From positions 7,378,001-7,442,000 of the forward strand of contig JBHGNT010000015.1 of assembly GCA_043228905.1 (NCBI GenBank): a DNA stretch of 64,000 nt. The letters are read 5' to 3'. Shown here in pieces: positions 1 through 11,868 of the stretch (the first letter of the stretch is position 1; each line of letters begins with the position of its first letter). The stretch is from Azolla caroliniana. Lineage: Eukaryota; Plantae; Polypodiophyta. The notes beneath the pieces were generated by a model. It saw only the letters and a program-made list of their open reading frames with translations, did not search any database and was not told where the DNA came from. Position numbers and translations under genes: made by a program.

Positions 1-83
1 ATATAATTACCTTCCGGCGAGGAAAAGCCAAGGTACGGGTACCAACACAACCAAGGACGAGCACTAGCAAGGAATGTACACCG

Positions 84-3000
84 TTGTATGCGGAATGCGT
101 CAACATGCTAGAACGGTTAGCGGACGAAGAAGAAGCTCAGTACCTGCAGGAAAACCCGAAGATCATACCCCTCTTCGAAATTGACATTGCCGAAGCAATA
201 GCACAATACTTACCGCAACCGGAAGAGGCTGAAGCAGAACCGGATAAAGACGCAATCCGGGAGTTACGGCAAGCGCAGGAAGCGTTGGAACGGGAAATGG
301 CCGTTTCACAACGCGTAAAAGCGTCGCAACTGGAAGAGGTGAACCTAGGGACCACGGACGAAGCAAAACCGGTGCACATCGCCAAGGAGATGAAGTCCGA
401 AGACAAAACGGCGATGATCACACTTCTCACGGAATTTCGCGATGTGTTCGCCTGGTCATACGAAGACATGCGAGGACTCGACCCTCAGTTATACCAGCAT
501 CAGGTGCACTTGAGCAAGGACACAAAACCAGTGGCACAAAGACGGTACCAGATGAATCCCAATTATGCCGCCAAAAGTCAAGGAGGAAATCGACAAACTG
601 CTAAGAGTTGGTTTTATCCATCCGGTAAAGAAAGCGACATGGCTGAGCCCGATCGTAGTCGTACCGAAGAAGAACGAAAAATTCGAGTTAGTGTGGACTA
701 CCGGAAACTCAATGCAGCTACGGTAACGGATGCGTTTCCACTTCCGTTCACAGATGGAGTGTTGGATGTCGTCGCTGGCCATGAGGTCTATAGTTTCCTA
801 GACGGATTCAGCGGGTATAATCAGATCCGGAGGCACCCAGACCACCAAGAGAAAACGGCTTTCGTCACCGAATGGGGGGTGTTTGAGGCCGTGGTGATGA
901 TGTTCGGACTCAAAACGGCACCGGCAACATTTCAACGAATCATCATGGAAATCTTTGGTGAATATATTCCGGCTTTTATGCAGGTTTTCCTTGACAATTT
1001 TGCCGTCTACAGCCGGGAGGAGGACCATTTTCAGCACCTCCGTCTTTGTCTTGAAAAGTGTAGAGCGTACCGGCTAAGCTTGAATCCGGCAAAGTGTGTA
1101 TTTGGCGTATCCAGTGGAACTCTATTAGGACATATTGTGAGCCAGGAAGGTATTGCAGTCGACCCGGACAAAGTGAAAGCCATATTAGAAGCACCGGCGC
1201 CGGCAACGGCAAAGGCATTAAGCCGGTTCTTAGGCCAGATTCAGTGGCACAGCCGGATGCTCCGTTACTTGGCCGACCTAGCTACACCGTTGCATGCCGC
1301 CATACATCGGACACCATTCCAGTGGACCGACACCGAGGATAGGGCGTATAGGGCCCTCAAGGTACTATTGTCGCAGGCACCGGTAGTACAACCTCCGGAT
1401 TGGAGTAAAGAATTTCACGTGTTCGTAGACGCCTCCGACATCGCAATCGGAAGCGTACTTATGCAGCTTACGGAGCCAAAATGGTACCGGCCAGTGTACT
1501 ATGCCAGCCGAAAGCTATCCCAAGCAGAACGAAACTACTCTACCACGGAACGGGAAGCTCTAGGGATGATCTACAGTGTGACAAAGTTTCGGCATTATTT
1601 ATTGGGAAGGAAGTTTTCCTTCCATGTAGATCATTCGGCACTCCTTTACCTGGTGTCCAAAGCGTCACTCACCGGCAAATTGGCCCAGTGGACCTTACTG
1701 TTACAGGAGTTCGAGTTTGAAATATTCCACCGACCCGGTATACAGCATGCCGTGGCGGATTACTTAAGCCGATTAGAGTCTGGAGAGACGGGTGACGGAG
1801 TAGCAAATGAGTTTCCGGATGCGGAGCTATTTCGAGTCACTATGGAGACGGCAGCGGATGAGACGATGGCACAGGAAGACAAGTGGCTCACAAATATGCA
1901 CCAGTTTCTGAGCACCGGACTACCTCCGGAGGAGATGAACCGGGACGAACGTAAACGCCTGGCAGTACAAAGCCGACATTTTTGCTTACTGCAAGACACA
2001 CTTTACCACAAGGGCGCGGACGGCATATGGAGACGGGCGGTGCGCAGTGATGAAAAGGAACTGATACTGAGGGAAGCCCACTTCGGAGTTGCCGGAGGTC
2101 ACTATGCCGGAGATGCGACGGCCAGGAAAATATGGCAAAGTGGCCTATGGTGGCCAATGACATTAAGAGATGCGGTACGGTACGCAAAAGAATGTGACCT
2201 ATTCCAGCGAATGGGCCAGCCAACGGAGCAAGCTCGTATGCCACACCAGCCGGTACTACCACTCGAGCCATTTCAGAAGTGGGGGCTGGACTTTGTGGGA
2301 CCGTTCAAGCCACCGGCAATGAGAACGGGTAATCGATACGTCATCGTCGCGACGGATTACTGCACGAAATGGGTGGAGGCCAAAGCATTAAGGGATAACA
2401 CCGTTGCGTCAACGGCGAAGTTTCTATATGAGTACATCTGGTCCCGTTACGGATGCCCAATTGAATTAATAAGCGACCAAGGGGGGCACTTTCTCGGCCA
2501 AGTAGTGGAAAGCTTGACGACATTCTATGCCGTTGTCCACAAACGGAGCACACCTTACTATCCACAAGCGAACGGTTTAGCGGAATCAACGAACAAGACG
2601 CTCCAGAATATCCTCCGGAAGATCGTCAACGAAAACCGAACGGATTGGGATACAAAGCTACATAGCGCGCTTTGGGCATACCGGACGGCGTACAAAACGA
2701 GCATCCAAACAACACCGTTCCGGTTAGCGTTCGGACTAGAGGCAGTAATGCCGGTGGAATTCCAAGTACCCAGCTTACGGATCCATCTATGGGAACGGCT
2801 GAACGAGAAGGAGTCGGAGGCAATACGGTTGACAACGCTGTTTGAACTCGAGGAACAAAGACTGGCCAGCATCCTGCATTTAGAATTGGAGCAACAACGA
2901 CGGAAAGCATTTGTCGACCAGCACAGGAAAGGAAACGAAAAAATGTTCGCAATCGGCAAACCGGTGTTAGTATTTCAGACCCGGATGGGCAAGATGTCGG

Positions 3001-3272
3001 GTAAACTATGGTTTAGATGGACCGGACCGTATTGGCTAACACGGGAGTATAATGGGTCCTACCAGTTAGGGACACTTGCCGGCGAAGTGCTAGGCAAATG
3101 GGTTAACGGATTCCGGTTGAAGCCATATAGAGGACCGATGCCTAAGAATCCATTTGAGCAAAGGACCGACACCAGTGAGGGAAACGGCAACCACCAAGAC
3201 GGCAGAGACGGCGAGCCGGTAACTAGGGAAAATGAGGTCGGTAAGGGTTCGAGAGGACCAACGGACAAGTAA
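84..3272 (+). pseudogene. Gypsy pol (RT, RNase H, integrase), defective
   Basis: LDGFSGYNQI, FGLKTAPATFQ, FLDN (catalytic DD to DN), VDASD..NYSTTEREAL, zinc finger with CDLF instead of CxxC, integrase DFVGP/SDQG/NGLAE, GPY module. Compensated +1/-1 frameshift at about 575-680. Confidence 0.93.
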
Positions 3273-3647
3273 CGTCACACTAAATTAAATTATTAAAAAA
3301 AAAGAAAAATAAAAAACAATCATGCAAAAGCGAGGAATGAATGGATGAAAGAGCGAGGAGCGAAAAGGTACATAGTGGGCATTTAAAGCGCCACCACAGG
3401 ACATAATGCTATTTTAGTACACGACATGCACACACTCGAAAAAGGCGCCAGAATGCACAGACAAAAACCACTGCGCGTAGAGACCCTTTACTTTCGCGAA
3501 CCCAGGAGCACAGAAGCACCAAGACGCTGCAAAATCATCAGACGAGAACTTGCGCACAGAGAACCCCCGCCTTCTAAACTCTCTCTCTCTCAACCTCACT
3601 CTCATCACCATCCAACCTCGCCACCGCAATCCGACCTCGACACAGAA

Positions 3648-6417
3648 ATGGACCCGCAAACGCTGTCGGAAGCCGCCAAGACATGGCTAAAGCAACACGG
3701 GCTCGAGGGCTTCTTGATGATGATGGAAGTACCGCCACACAAAGAAGCCGACAAAGTGATCAAAGAAATCGACACAGAGGTCATAACGGCAGAGGCAATT
3801 CGAGCGTTAACAGGCCTTCCGGAGGGAGGCATACTCACAATCGACAATCCAACCCCGAAGCAACTCATCAGGTATTTTGGTGAGTACTCTCTAGCCAGCA
3901 AGGGCTACCGGACACAGGGCGGCGGAGATATGTTGTTCCGCGAGATTGCTCGTGTGCTCCACGAGTACGGCCACGTGTACCCGAGACCCCCTGTCATGCC
4001 GCAGAACCGGGCAAGGATGATCATCGCCACCTATGAAGGGGTCAAGGTGGATTGGCTGTTATTGATCGCAGAAGGGTTGTGTGCGGTGATCGAGATCGTC
4101 AGAGGCAAAGACGGCAAGGAAGGCCGAGACGGACGGAGGATATGGCACGCCGTAACGCAGTGGCTCACCTTGCTTGTGCCACCCGTCCAGCCCGTCCAGC
4201 CCAAGAAGCGAGGAAGAGTGGCGGACGGCACCCCAAAGACGGCTTCCAAACGACAACAGTTGTTGGCCTCTAAGGCCACTAAGGGAAAGGCGGCGGATGC
4301 AGAACAGGCGGCAGCAGGAAGCGGCAGCCGGAAGCGCAGGAGGAACCACCGGCACGGCCCGTAAAGGTTACACTCCGCCGACCGGTGAATAAAGAAGCGG
4401 ACCCCTTGGCGGCAAAACTCAATGCCGGGGCTCAGGAAGAGGAAATAGAGGAGGAGCCTACGGAGCACCTCCAGCGACGGTCGTCGGCAAGGACCGTTGA
4501 GGCATCCGGGAAACGTTCGGACCCTCAGACGGAGGGAACACCGGCTCCCCATACTGAGACTCCCACGCCAAGGAAGGAACCGGAACCGGTGCGCATGGCA
4601 CCGGAATCATAAGCCCCAGCACCACCGGCAACACCGGCAAGTCCCATCCCGCCAGAGCCGGAAAGGTCAATACAGCCTCCCTCGGCCAGCCAAGAAGAAG
4701 CGCAAGGGGAACCAGGACAGTAGGGTGGTCCACGGGCAGAAACGGAACTGCAACTCGGTGCAACCAGGCGGGACCACCCATCTACAAGTGAGCCCATCTG
4801 TCAAACCTCCGTGCAAGCACAACAAGGCACCGGTAGCCTGTGGCTCCGGTGGATAGGCGAACAGATAGCCGGAGCAGTGGGGTATATTGAGGCGGAAGAA
4901 AGAGCGCAAAGCGAACGGTTGCTCGTCACAACCGAACAACTAGAGACGGCCCGGTCCAGAATCCGGTGCCTTGAAAAAGACTTGGATCAGGTCACGATAG
5001 AGATGGCCAAAATGGCCTTAACGGCAACACAGATCCAATCACCGGTGACTCCGGTAAGTGTACAGAATAAAGAGACGGATCGACCTGTACATAGCAATAA
5101 GACCCCAGCAACGGAAACCGTTCCGGTGAGAGATGCGGCGCAAGCCCAGGAGCTTGCGGAATTGAGAGATGAACTTGCCGCACAAGAAGCGTTAAGGAGC
5201 CGTGAACGAGATTTGAAGACAGCGGCCGAAGACGAATTAAAGAAGATTGCTGACAACCTCTGTCGGGCAGAGGAGAGCCTCCGGAAAGGCCATCAAGTGT
5301 ACGACTGGCTAAAGGAGGAGAAAGACAAAGTGTTGCAGGAAAAGGACAAGCTGCGAAAAATGGCGGAAACAGAGATTGAACGGCTAATAGAAGAGCTCCG
5401 CCAGTAGAAGGATCGCGAGGACCGGGCCCGTCGATAGATCAACGCACGGCTCAAGCAAAAGACAGATGATTTTGAGCACCTGCACTGGGACTATAAACGG
5501 CTGGAAACGGAGCATAAGGAATGGATGGTCGAGCTCTAGCAGGAAGTTGATCAGGCCGCGACGGCGATCGCCGACGAATGTGCGGAAAATACAAGATGCT
5601 TGGACGAGGCGGAGAAGGTCTGGATGGAGCTCCAGAGGCAGCAGCAGGAAGATAAAGAGAGAGCGCGTGAACAGTATTGCAGAAATTACAAAGTACATAT
5701 CAAAGGCAATTGACGCATTACAAGGCACAGGCGGAAGACAACGTCAAAATCATCAAGCAACTGAAGGAGGAACGGCAAGCGGCGGAAACCAAATCGCAAT
5801 TGGGAACGAGCCGGATTTAGTCCATCCTCCGGGCATGGCTGAATCAGACAAAACACTTGATTGATGAAAGCTCCGTAAAATGGTGGACAAAGTGGGCACA
5901 AAACGCAGCGGAACTCCAGTTGCTATGGGCGGATGTGGCAAACCGGCAAAAGGAAGGAGATGATTGTTATACGTTGACTTCCGAGGACTTCACCTCCATA
6001 CGGGACGAGCTGGCCGACAACTTCCAAGTCTTGGCGGATGAACAGTTGGCGCAGGTCAGGCAGCTCGTAGCTCAGCTAGACGATGATAGGCTGGACGCTC
6101 AAATCCAGTTTGAAAGCTACGAGCGGTCCCGGGTTCGGGAAGAAAAAGCACGGGAAGCGGCAACGGTTAACCTTAGTGATGAGGAACCGTCGCCAGCGGA
6201 GGGCCAGCCGGGAACCAGTCAACCGGAGACCACTACGACGAAGGGAGCAACGACAGAGACGCCGGTGTCAGGGCAACAAACGGAGGAGCAGCCGCAGCAG
6301 CCACCAACGAACCCGCCCCAGCAGACATCAACAGAGCAGCAACAACAACAACCACTTCCAGATGAACCATTGGAGCCTCTCGAACAAAGCATTCTGGATA
6401 TTTTGGACGAAGAATAG
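3648..6417 (+). pseudogene. Extra ORF of element 1 (about 900 aa, broken by frameshifts and stops): globular N-terminus, Pro-rich linker, long coiled coil, conserved helical block, acidic tail ending ILDILDEE
   Basis: ORF pieces 3426-4364, 4385-4612, 4811-5407, 5857-6417. Homologous to 39919-41882 (AAE..L.AD..NR.KEG...Y block and C-terminus). Start at 3648 is a best guess. Confidence 0.75.
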
Positions 6418-6429
6418 CAAGGGTCGGTT

Positions 6430-6469
6430 TTGGATTCGACGTACAAGGTACTGTCCCACGGGCGTGCCA
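6430..6469 (+). other. 40-nt tRNA-3'-end-like motif at the PPT position
   Basis: TTGGATTCGAC-GTACAAGGTAC-TGTCCCACGGGCGTGCCA, then 2 nt, then the LTR TG. Same motif at 41939-41978 and 51582-51621(-). Confidence 0.9.
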
Positions 6470-6471
6470 TG

Positions 6472-6906
6472 TGTTACCAGCCGGCAAAGGAGTCCAAAGT
6501 GGGAAACAGAGAGTTATTTAAGTAGTAGGAATGTGGTTGTAATTAAGCTATGAGTGTGGACGGACGGACCGGAATCGATATGCCGTTCTGGATCCGGACC
6601 GATCCCGAACAGGTGCGGATGGCACCATTTTTTAATACAGACCGGAAACCTATTTAAAGGCCCAGATACAATGTAATGAATAGCGGTTAATTAATAGAAG
6701 ATTAGCGTTGTTATCTCTCTGTGTTAATTGCCGTTCTGTCTTAATTGTTATATTTTACGCGTGTAATTATGAAAGATGATCATGTTAAGTAACTTAATTA
6801 AGTCGGATTAAGCGTTGGGTCTAATCTGGTTGCCGTAACACCCTTTGGTGAAGCGTCTTCCGTAGACACCCTGTGTTAGGCCATTGTCCGGCCCAAAGAG
6901 TTAACA
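6472..6906 (+). repeat. 3' LTR of element 1
   Basis: TGTTA/TAACA termini, TATTTAAA at about 6651, abrupt switch to Copia sequence at 6907. Confidence 0.85.
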
Positions 6907-7938
6907 TCAGAGATCGCACTACGCAGAAGGCTCTGAACGAGCCAGAAACAAATCGGGCCCAGCTTTCATAATGAAGCATAAGGCCAAATCTATGGTCGTG
7001 AACACCTCGAAATCAAGCGAGGTGTGGTATGTTGATTCCGGAGCGTCAAATCATATGACGAATCACGAGGAATGGTTCTCGTACTTGGAGAAACCGGAAT
7101 CGCAAGGAGTGGTTGAAACGGGAGACAACACTCCGCATACCATCGAACATGTCGGCAAAGTTCCCCTCAGCCACGTCGGGGCAAAAAGGGAAACTCATGA
7201 ATGTGTTGCACATCCCAACAATAACGAAGAATCTGGTGTCGTTCGGTCAGATCTTCGACTAGGGAATGCAGGTTCGATTCACGCATCTCGACTGCTTCAT
7301 AGAAGAGGAAGGCAAAGTAATCGCGCAAGGGCGCCGTGAAGGGAGGATGTTTATCCTCGACACTAATCAAGCTGACACCGCATTGTACGCTAAAGGACAA
7401 AAGGTCGAATCAAATATCGGCCTGTGGCACAAGCGGTTCGACCATGTAAAATTTCCACGACTTCGTGAGATGCAGATGAAGAACATTGTTTTTGGCTTGC
7501 CGAAATTTCGGGGTCGTAATGGCCAAGTCTACGAAGCCTGTCAGATGGGAAAACATCACCGACTTCCATTCCCCAATGAGCGTAATCGTAGTCGAAGTCC
7601 GCTGGATTTGATCCATTCGGATGTGTGGGGACCGGCACAGAACGTGAGTCTCGGTGGAAGTCGTTACTTTGTAATCTTCATCAACGACTTCACTCGGCAC
7701 ACGTGGGTATGCACAATCGCGAAGAAGAGCGAAGTCTTTGCATGTTTCCTAGAGGTGAAGAGCCTTGCGGAAAGGCAAACAGGGCGTAAGATCAAATGCC
7801 TACGGTCCGATGGTGGGAAGGAGTACTTCTCCGACCAGTTCACAAGTTATCTATAGAAGGAGGGAATTCGACGCGAATTCTCGTGTAAATACACGCCGCA
7901 GCAGAACGGCGTGGCCGAGCGGAAGAATCAGCACAATC
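6907..7938 (+). mobile_element. Ty1/Copia family A fragment: protease, GAG-pre-integrase, integrase N-half
   Basis: WYVDSGASNHMT, LWHKRF, LIHSDVWGP, LRSDGGKEY. Homologous to 29579-32508 and 61342-63122. Confidence 0.9.
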
Positions 7939-8810
7939 GAAGAATACCTCCCAACTCGTCGGCAAGCTCGATAGGAGGGCAAGGGCTTTCACTTCTTCTT
8001 CGAAGTTGATCCCTTGTGATGAGAGCTCAAACAACACCTGGCTGAAGGTGTTGATGTGGGAGGTTGCCGGATTGGTCTCTCTCATCTTCATGTTGAACAG
8101 TTGTTTGATCAAAATCAATTTTGAAGATGAGGACTTCTTTTCATAAACAGCCCATAGCTTCTCCCACAATGAGAACGATGTCGTCTCTTTCACCATGCTG
8201 AAATAGACGTTTTCGGCCAAATGCATTCGAATGGTGGAGCATGCGATTTTGTCCGTTGATCTCCACTCCTCGATTGTCATTGAAGCAGGTTTCTCATTGT
8301 GCTGAATGGTTTCGACTTGTCTTCGAATGATCAGCACATCCTGCATCATCTCCTTCCACAAGGCAAAGTTTTTGTCGTCAAATTTTCTAATTTCAACTCC
8401 TATTCCAAATGTTGGAGCCATATTCTTTTTGTGAACTTGAGATTTCTGACCTAGTCTTTTCTTTCAACTTCTTATGTTGTCTGTTGCCGCCGAACAGCAA
8501 AGATTCGGCTCTGATACCAGTTGTAGGTAATGAGTGCGATTTTGCGGAAACATGTATGGATTTGTTGTCGATTTTGTACAGGAAACAACGCAGATAGAAA
8601 ATAGAGTAGGAGTGGACTTACACAGTGCAAGCTCTAATGGGAAGCTTTATTGCTTCGTTCTCTGAGATACAATGCACAAACAGTTCGTCTCTTTGTCACT
8701 CGTCACTTTATACAATGTTAGGTATTCTCTTACATACTAAGCCCTAACTTATTGACGAGTTCACACTCGGAGGGATACAACTTGGAAGGAGTCGGCCTTT
8801 TATACCAATA
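7939..8810 (-). mobile_element. Copia (Tork-like) 5' fragment: partial LTR 8522-8810, tRNA-iMet PBS 8507-8519, gag
   Basis: KFDDKNFALWK gag start, TGGTATCAGAGCC on the minus strand, LTR end ...CCTACA, TATAAAA at about 8800. Confidence 0.85.
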
Positions 8811-8811
8811 G

Positions 8812-10930
8812 CCGCAAGTGGTTGAGTGGCATGCAGGACGAGATGGATTCCCTACATGAGAACCACACATACGAATTGACAAAGTTGCCAAAAGGAAAGA
8901 GGGCACTCTAGAACAAGTGGGTGTACAAGCTGAAATCAGGAGACGTCGGAAATCCACCAAGGTACAAAGCTCGGCTCGTGGTGAAGGGCTTACAGCAGAA
9001 GAAAGGACTGGACTTCCATGAGATCTTTGCCCCAATAGTAAAGATGGCATCCATCCGGACGGTATTGAGCATAGTGGCAAGCATGGACCTTGAGGTAGAG
9101 CAACTAGACGTCAATACGGCATTCCGACATGGCGACCTCGAAGAAGAGATCTACATGCATCAACTGGAAGGATTTGAGAAGAAAGGGAAGGAGTACCTTC
9201 TGTACTGGTTGAGGAAGTGCCTATACGGATTGAAGCAAGCCCCCCGCCAATGGTACCGGAAGTTCGACTCCTTCATGACCGACCAAGGGTACCACAAGAC
9301 GCAGGCTTATCATTGCATGTTTGTGAAGAAATTTGACAGAGGAGATTTCCTGATACTCCTCCTTTATGTGGATGATATGTTGATCGTCGGACAAGACCAA
9401 GTCAAGATACGGATGCTAAAGAAGGTTCTGAACCGGACCTTCTCAATGAAAGATTTGGGTCCGGCAAGACAGATATTGGGAATGCACATCATCTGAGACC
9501 GATCGAAGAAGTTGTTGTGGTTGTCACAGGAAAAGTACGTGACAAAGGTACTCCAAAGGTTCAACATGTCAGAGGTGAAACCAGTCAGATCGACACTCCC
9601 GGCAAACTGCAGATTGTCCGGAAAGCAAAGCCCGAAGACAAAGGCAGAGAAGGAGAATATGATGAGGATACCATATGCCTTTGTCGTCGAAAGCTTAATG
9701 TACGTAATGGTGTGCACCTGGCCGGATATTGCATATGTTGTCGGAGTAGTCAGCCGGTTCATGAGCAATCCGGGAAGAGAGCACTGGAACGCGGTCAAGT
9801 GGATACTCCAGTATCTGAAAGGCACCTCGAGTATGTGCCTCTAGTTTGGCTCCGGTAAACCCCAAGTTGACAGATTCACGGATTCAGATATGTCGGCTGA
9901 TGTGGATACCATCCGGTCTACATCCGGATATGTTATGACTTATGCAAGGGGAGTCGTATCATGGCAATCGAGGCTGCAGAAGTTTGTTGCATTGTCGACA
10001 ACGGAAGCAGAGTACATGGCAGTTGTGGAAGCCAGCAAGGAGATAATCTGGATGAAGGACTTCATCGAAGAGCTAGGGATCCGACAGGAGGAATTCCGGC
10101 TCTACTGCGACAGTCAAAGTGTCATTCACCTTGCGAAGAATGTGGCCTACCATTCCCAAACCAAGCACATCTAGAGGAGATATCACTGGCTCCGGGAGAA
10201 GGTAGAAGATCAAGACTTCGTGTTGATGAAGATCCACAAGAAGGAGAACGGATTGGATATGTTGACCAAGGTGGTTTCAACCGACAAGTTGGACACGTGC
10301 CGAAGACGGATTGGATTAACGAGAAATCCCATGTTGGATTGAAGGGGGAGTTTGTTGGGAATTCGGTTCCACCGGATGAAATCCAGATGAGAACCAAAGG
10401 AGCCAGATCGGATGAGCCAGATGAAGGAACCAAATCCGGAAGGGTTCCGAATGAGACCCGGAAACCGGATGGATCTGGTGCAAACCGGATCCAAGGACAT
10501 ATTTGTAAATATGTTAGAGTAAGCCCATTGATGCTATATTTGTAAATAACCCTAAATTCATATGACTTAGGGCAATCACTTTGAGTGTGGTTTTATTTTT
10601 TGTTGTACAGAGAGAGAGAGAGAGAGAGAGCCAGAGAGGAGCTACGAGCACTTTCTGTTGTAACCGCCATAAGGCGAAGATCGCGAGCACGAGGTCGTTG
10701 CCTCTATGTTCCCACTTTGTATTTCCTCTCATATAGTGATAGTTCGGAGTCCGTGGGCTCCCATGATTTTTTTCCCAATTAGGGTTTTCCACGTAAACAT
10801 CATGTGTTCTCTATTGTTGTTTTGTGTACATGCATTCATCATACCTGTTTCCCATTTCTGTGTTTGATTCTCATCGAAGTGATTCAAGACTCGGTTGTGG
10901 TCGAGCAATATTCTACGCTAGTTCCTTACA
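8812..10930 (+). mobile_element. Copia (Tork-like) 3' half: RT, RNase H, PPT 10341-10350, LTR 10353-10930
   Basis: KARLVVKG, LYGLKQAPRQW, LLYVDDML, ALSTTEAEY. GAAGGGGGAG-tt-TGTTG...TTACA. Several stops. Confidence 0.9.
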
Positions 10931-11837
10931 TACTCGAGGCGCCTTGAAGGGTACACCAATGTCGATTGGGCCGCCTACAAAGCCAACATCGGAATTCGTC
11001 TTCTCCCTTGGCAACGGAGCCATATTGTGGAACAATAAGAAGCAACCAATAGTCACATTGTCGAGTACCGAGGTCGGGGCACGGCAGTTGCCACATGCGA
11101 AGCTTTGTGGCTGAAGAGAATCTTGAAGGATCTGGGTGTTCCCATCAAGCATCCAGTTCTTCTCTACTACGACAACATGAGCAATATCCACATGGCCCAC
11201 AACCCAATTTTCCACGCTCAGACCAAGCACATTGAGGTGCCCTATCATTACATTCGAGAGTGTCCTACCTAGAGATGTCGACCTACAACGCATCAATACA
11301 AATTTGCAAACGGCCGACATCTTCACAGGCCCTGGGAGCTGACAAGTTGTGGCAGTTCATGACGAACCTAGGTCTCTCAACCACCAACCAGCCGAGCTTG
11401 ACGGGGAGTATATAATAAGGTATAGAGACAAAGCCAAACAAAGTAGTACGAGCTAGCTATCCATAGCCGAAGTCGAAGCCGACTTGAAGCCGACTTGAAT
11501 ACCAGTTTGAACCAACTATTCGGCGATCGGAAGTTGCATTTGAAGAGGCATGTTGAGAATCAAACTCAATTTCCCTAGTGGGAACACACCTTAGAAATAC
11601 CCAAGTGTATGAACATCCTACCTCCTTGTATCATAAACTAAGTGTCATAGAAGTTAAGTCCTATGACACATATCTAATAGGTAGTTAAGTCTCCACCTCT
11701 TTTCCAAGTGGTGGTTGTAGTGAGAGAACGTAGAGAGAATGTGACTACATAAGCATCTTCTCCTCCTCTCTATAACCATTGGTTGGTTGGCAATTATTCT
11801 TGTTAATACAGTTTTACTATTTTCTGTATACTCTATG

Positions 11838-11860
<23 letters not shown>
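10931..11860 (+). mobile_element. Degenerate Copia RNase H, 3' region and LTR remnant (LTR from 11551)
   Basis: FSLGNGAILWNNKKQPIVTLSSTE, degenerate PPTs at about 11400 and 11540, TGTTGAGA. Right boundary approximate. Confidence 0.7.

Positions 11861-11868
<8 letters not shown>

Larger units (their letters stand above)
1..6906 (+). mobile_element. Ty3/Gypsy non-chromovirus LTR retrotransposon 'element 1' (5' part outside window): pol, extra ORF, tRNA-like motif, 3' LTR
   Basis: RT-RNaseH-integrase order, extra 3' ORF, LTR TGTTA...TAACA at 6472-6906. Sequence after 6906 is Copia internal sequence, so it is nested in a Copia. No chromodomain and no additional RNase H seen. Confidence 0.92.

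Noticed and set aside
3426-6417. Calling the extra ORF an envelope gene
   Set aside because: No signal peptide or transmembrane stretch in the available pieces.
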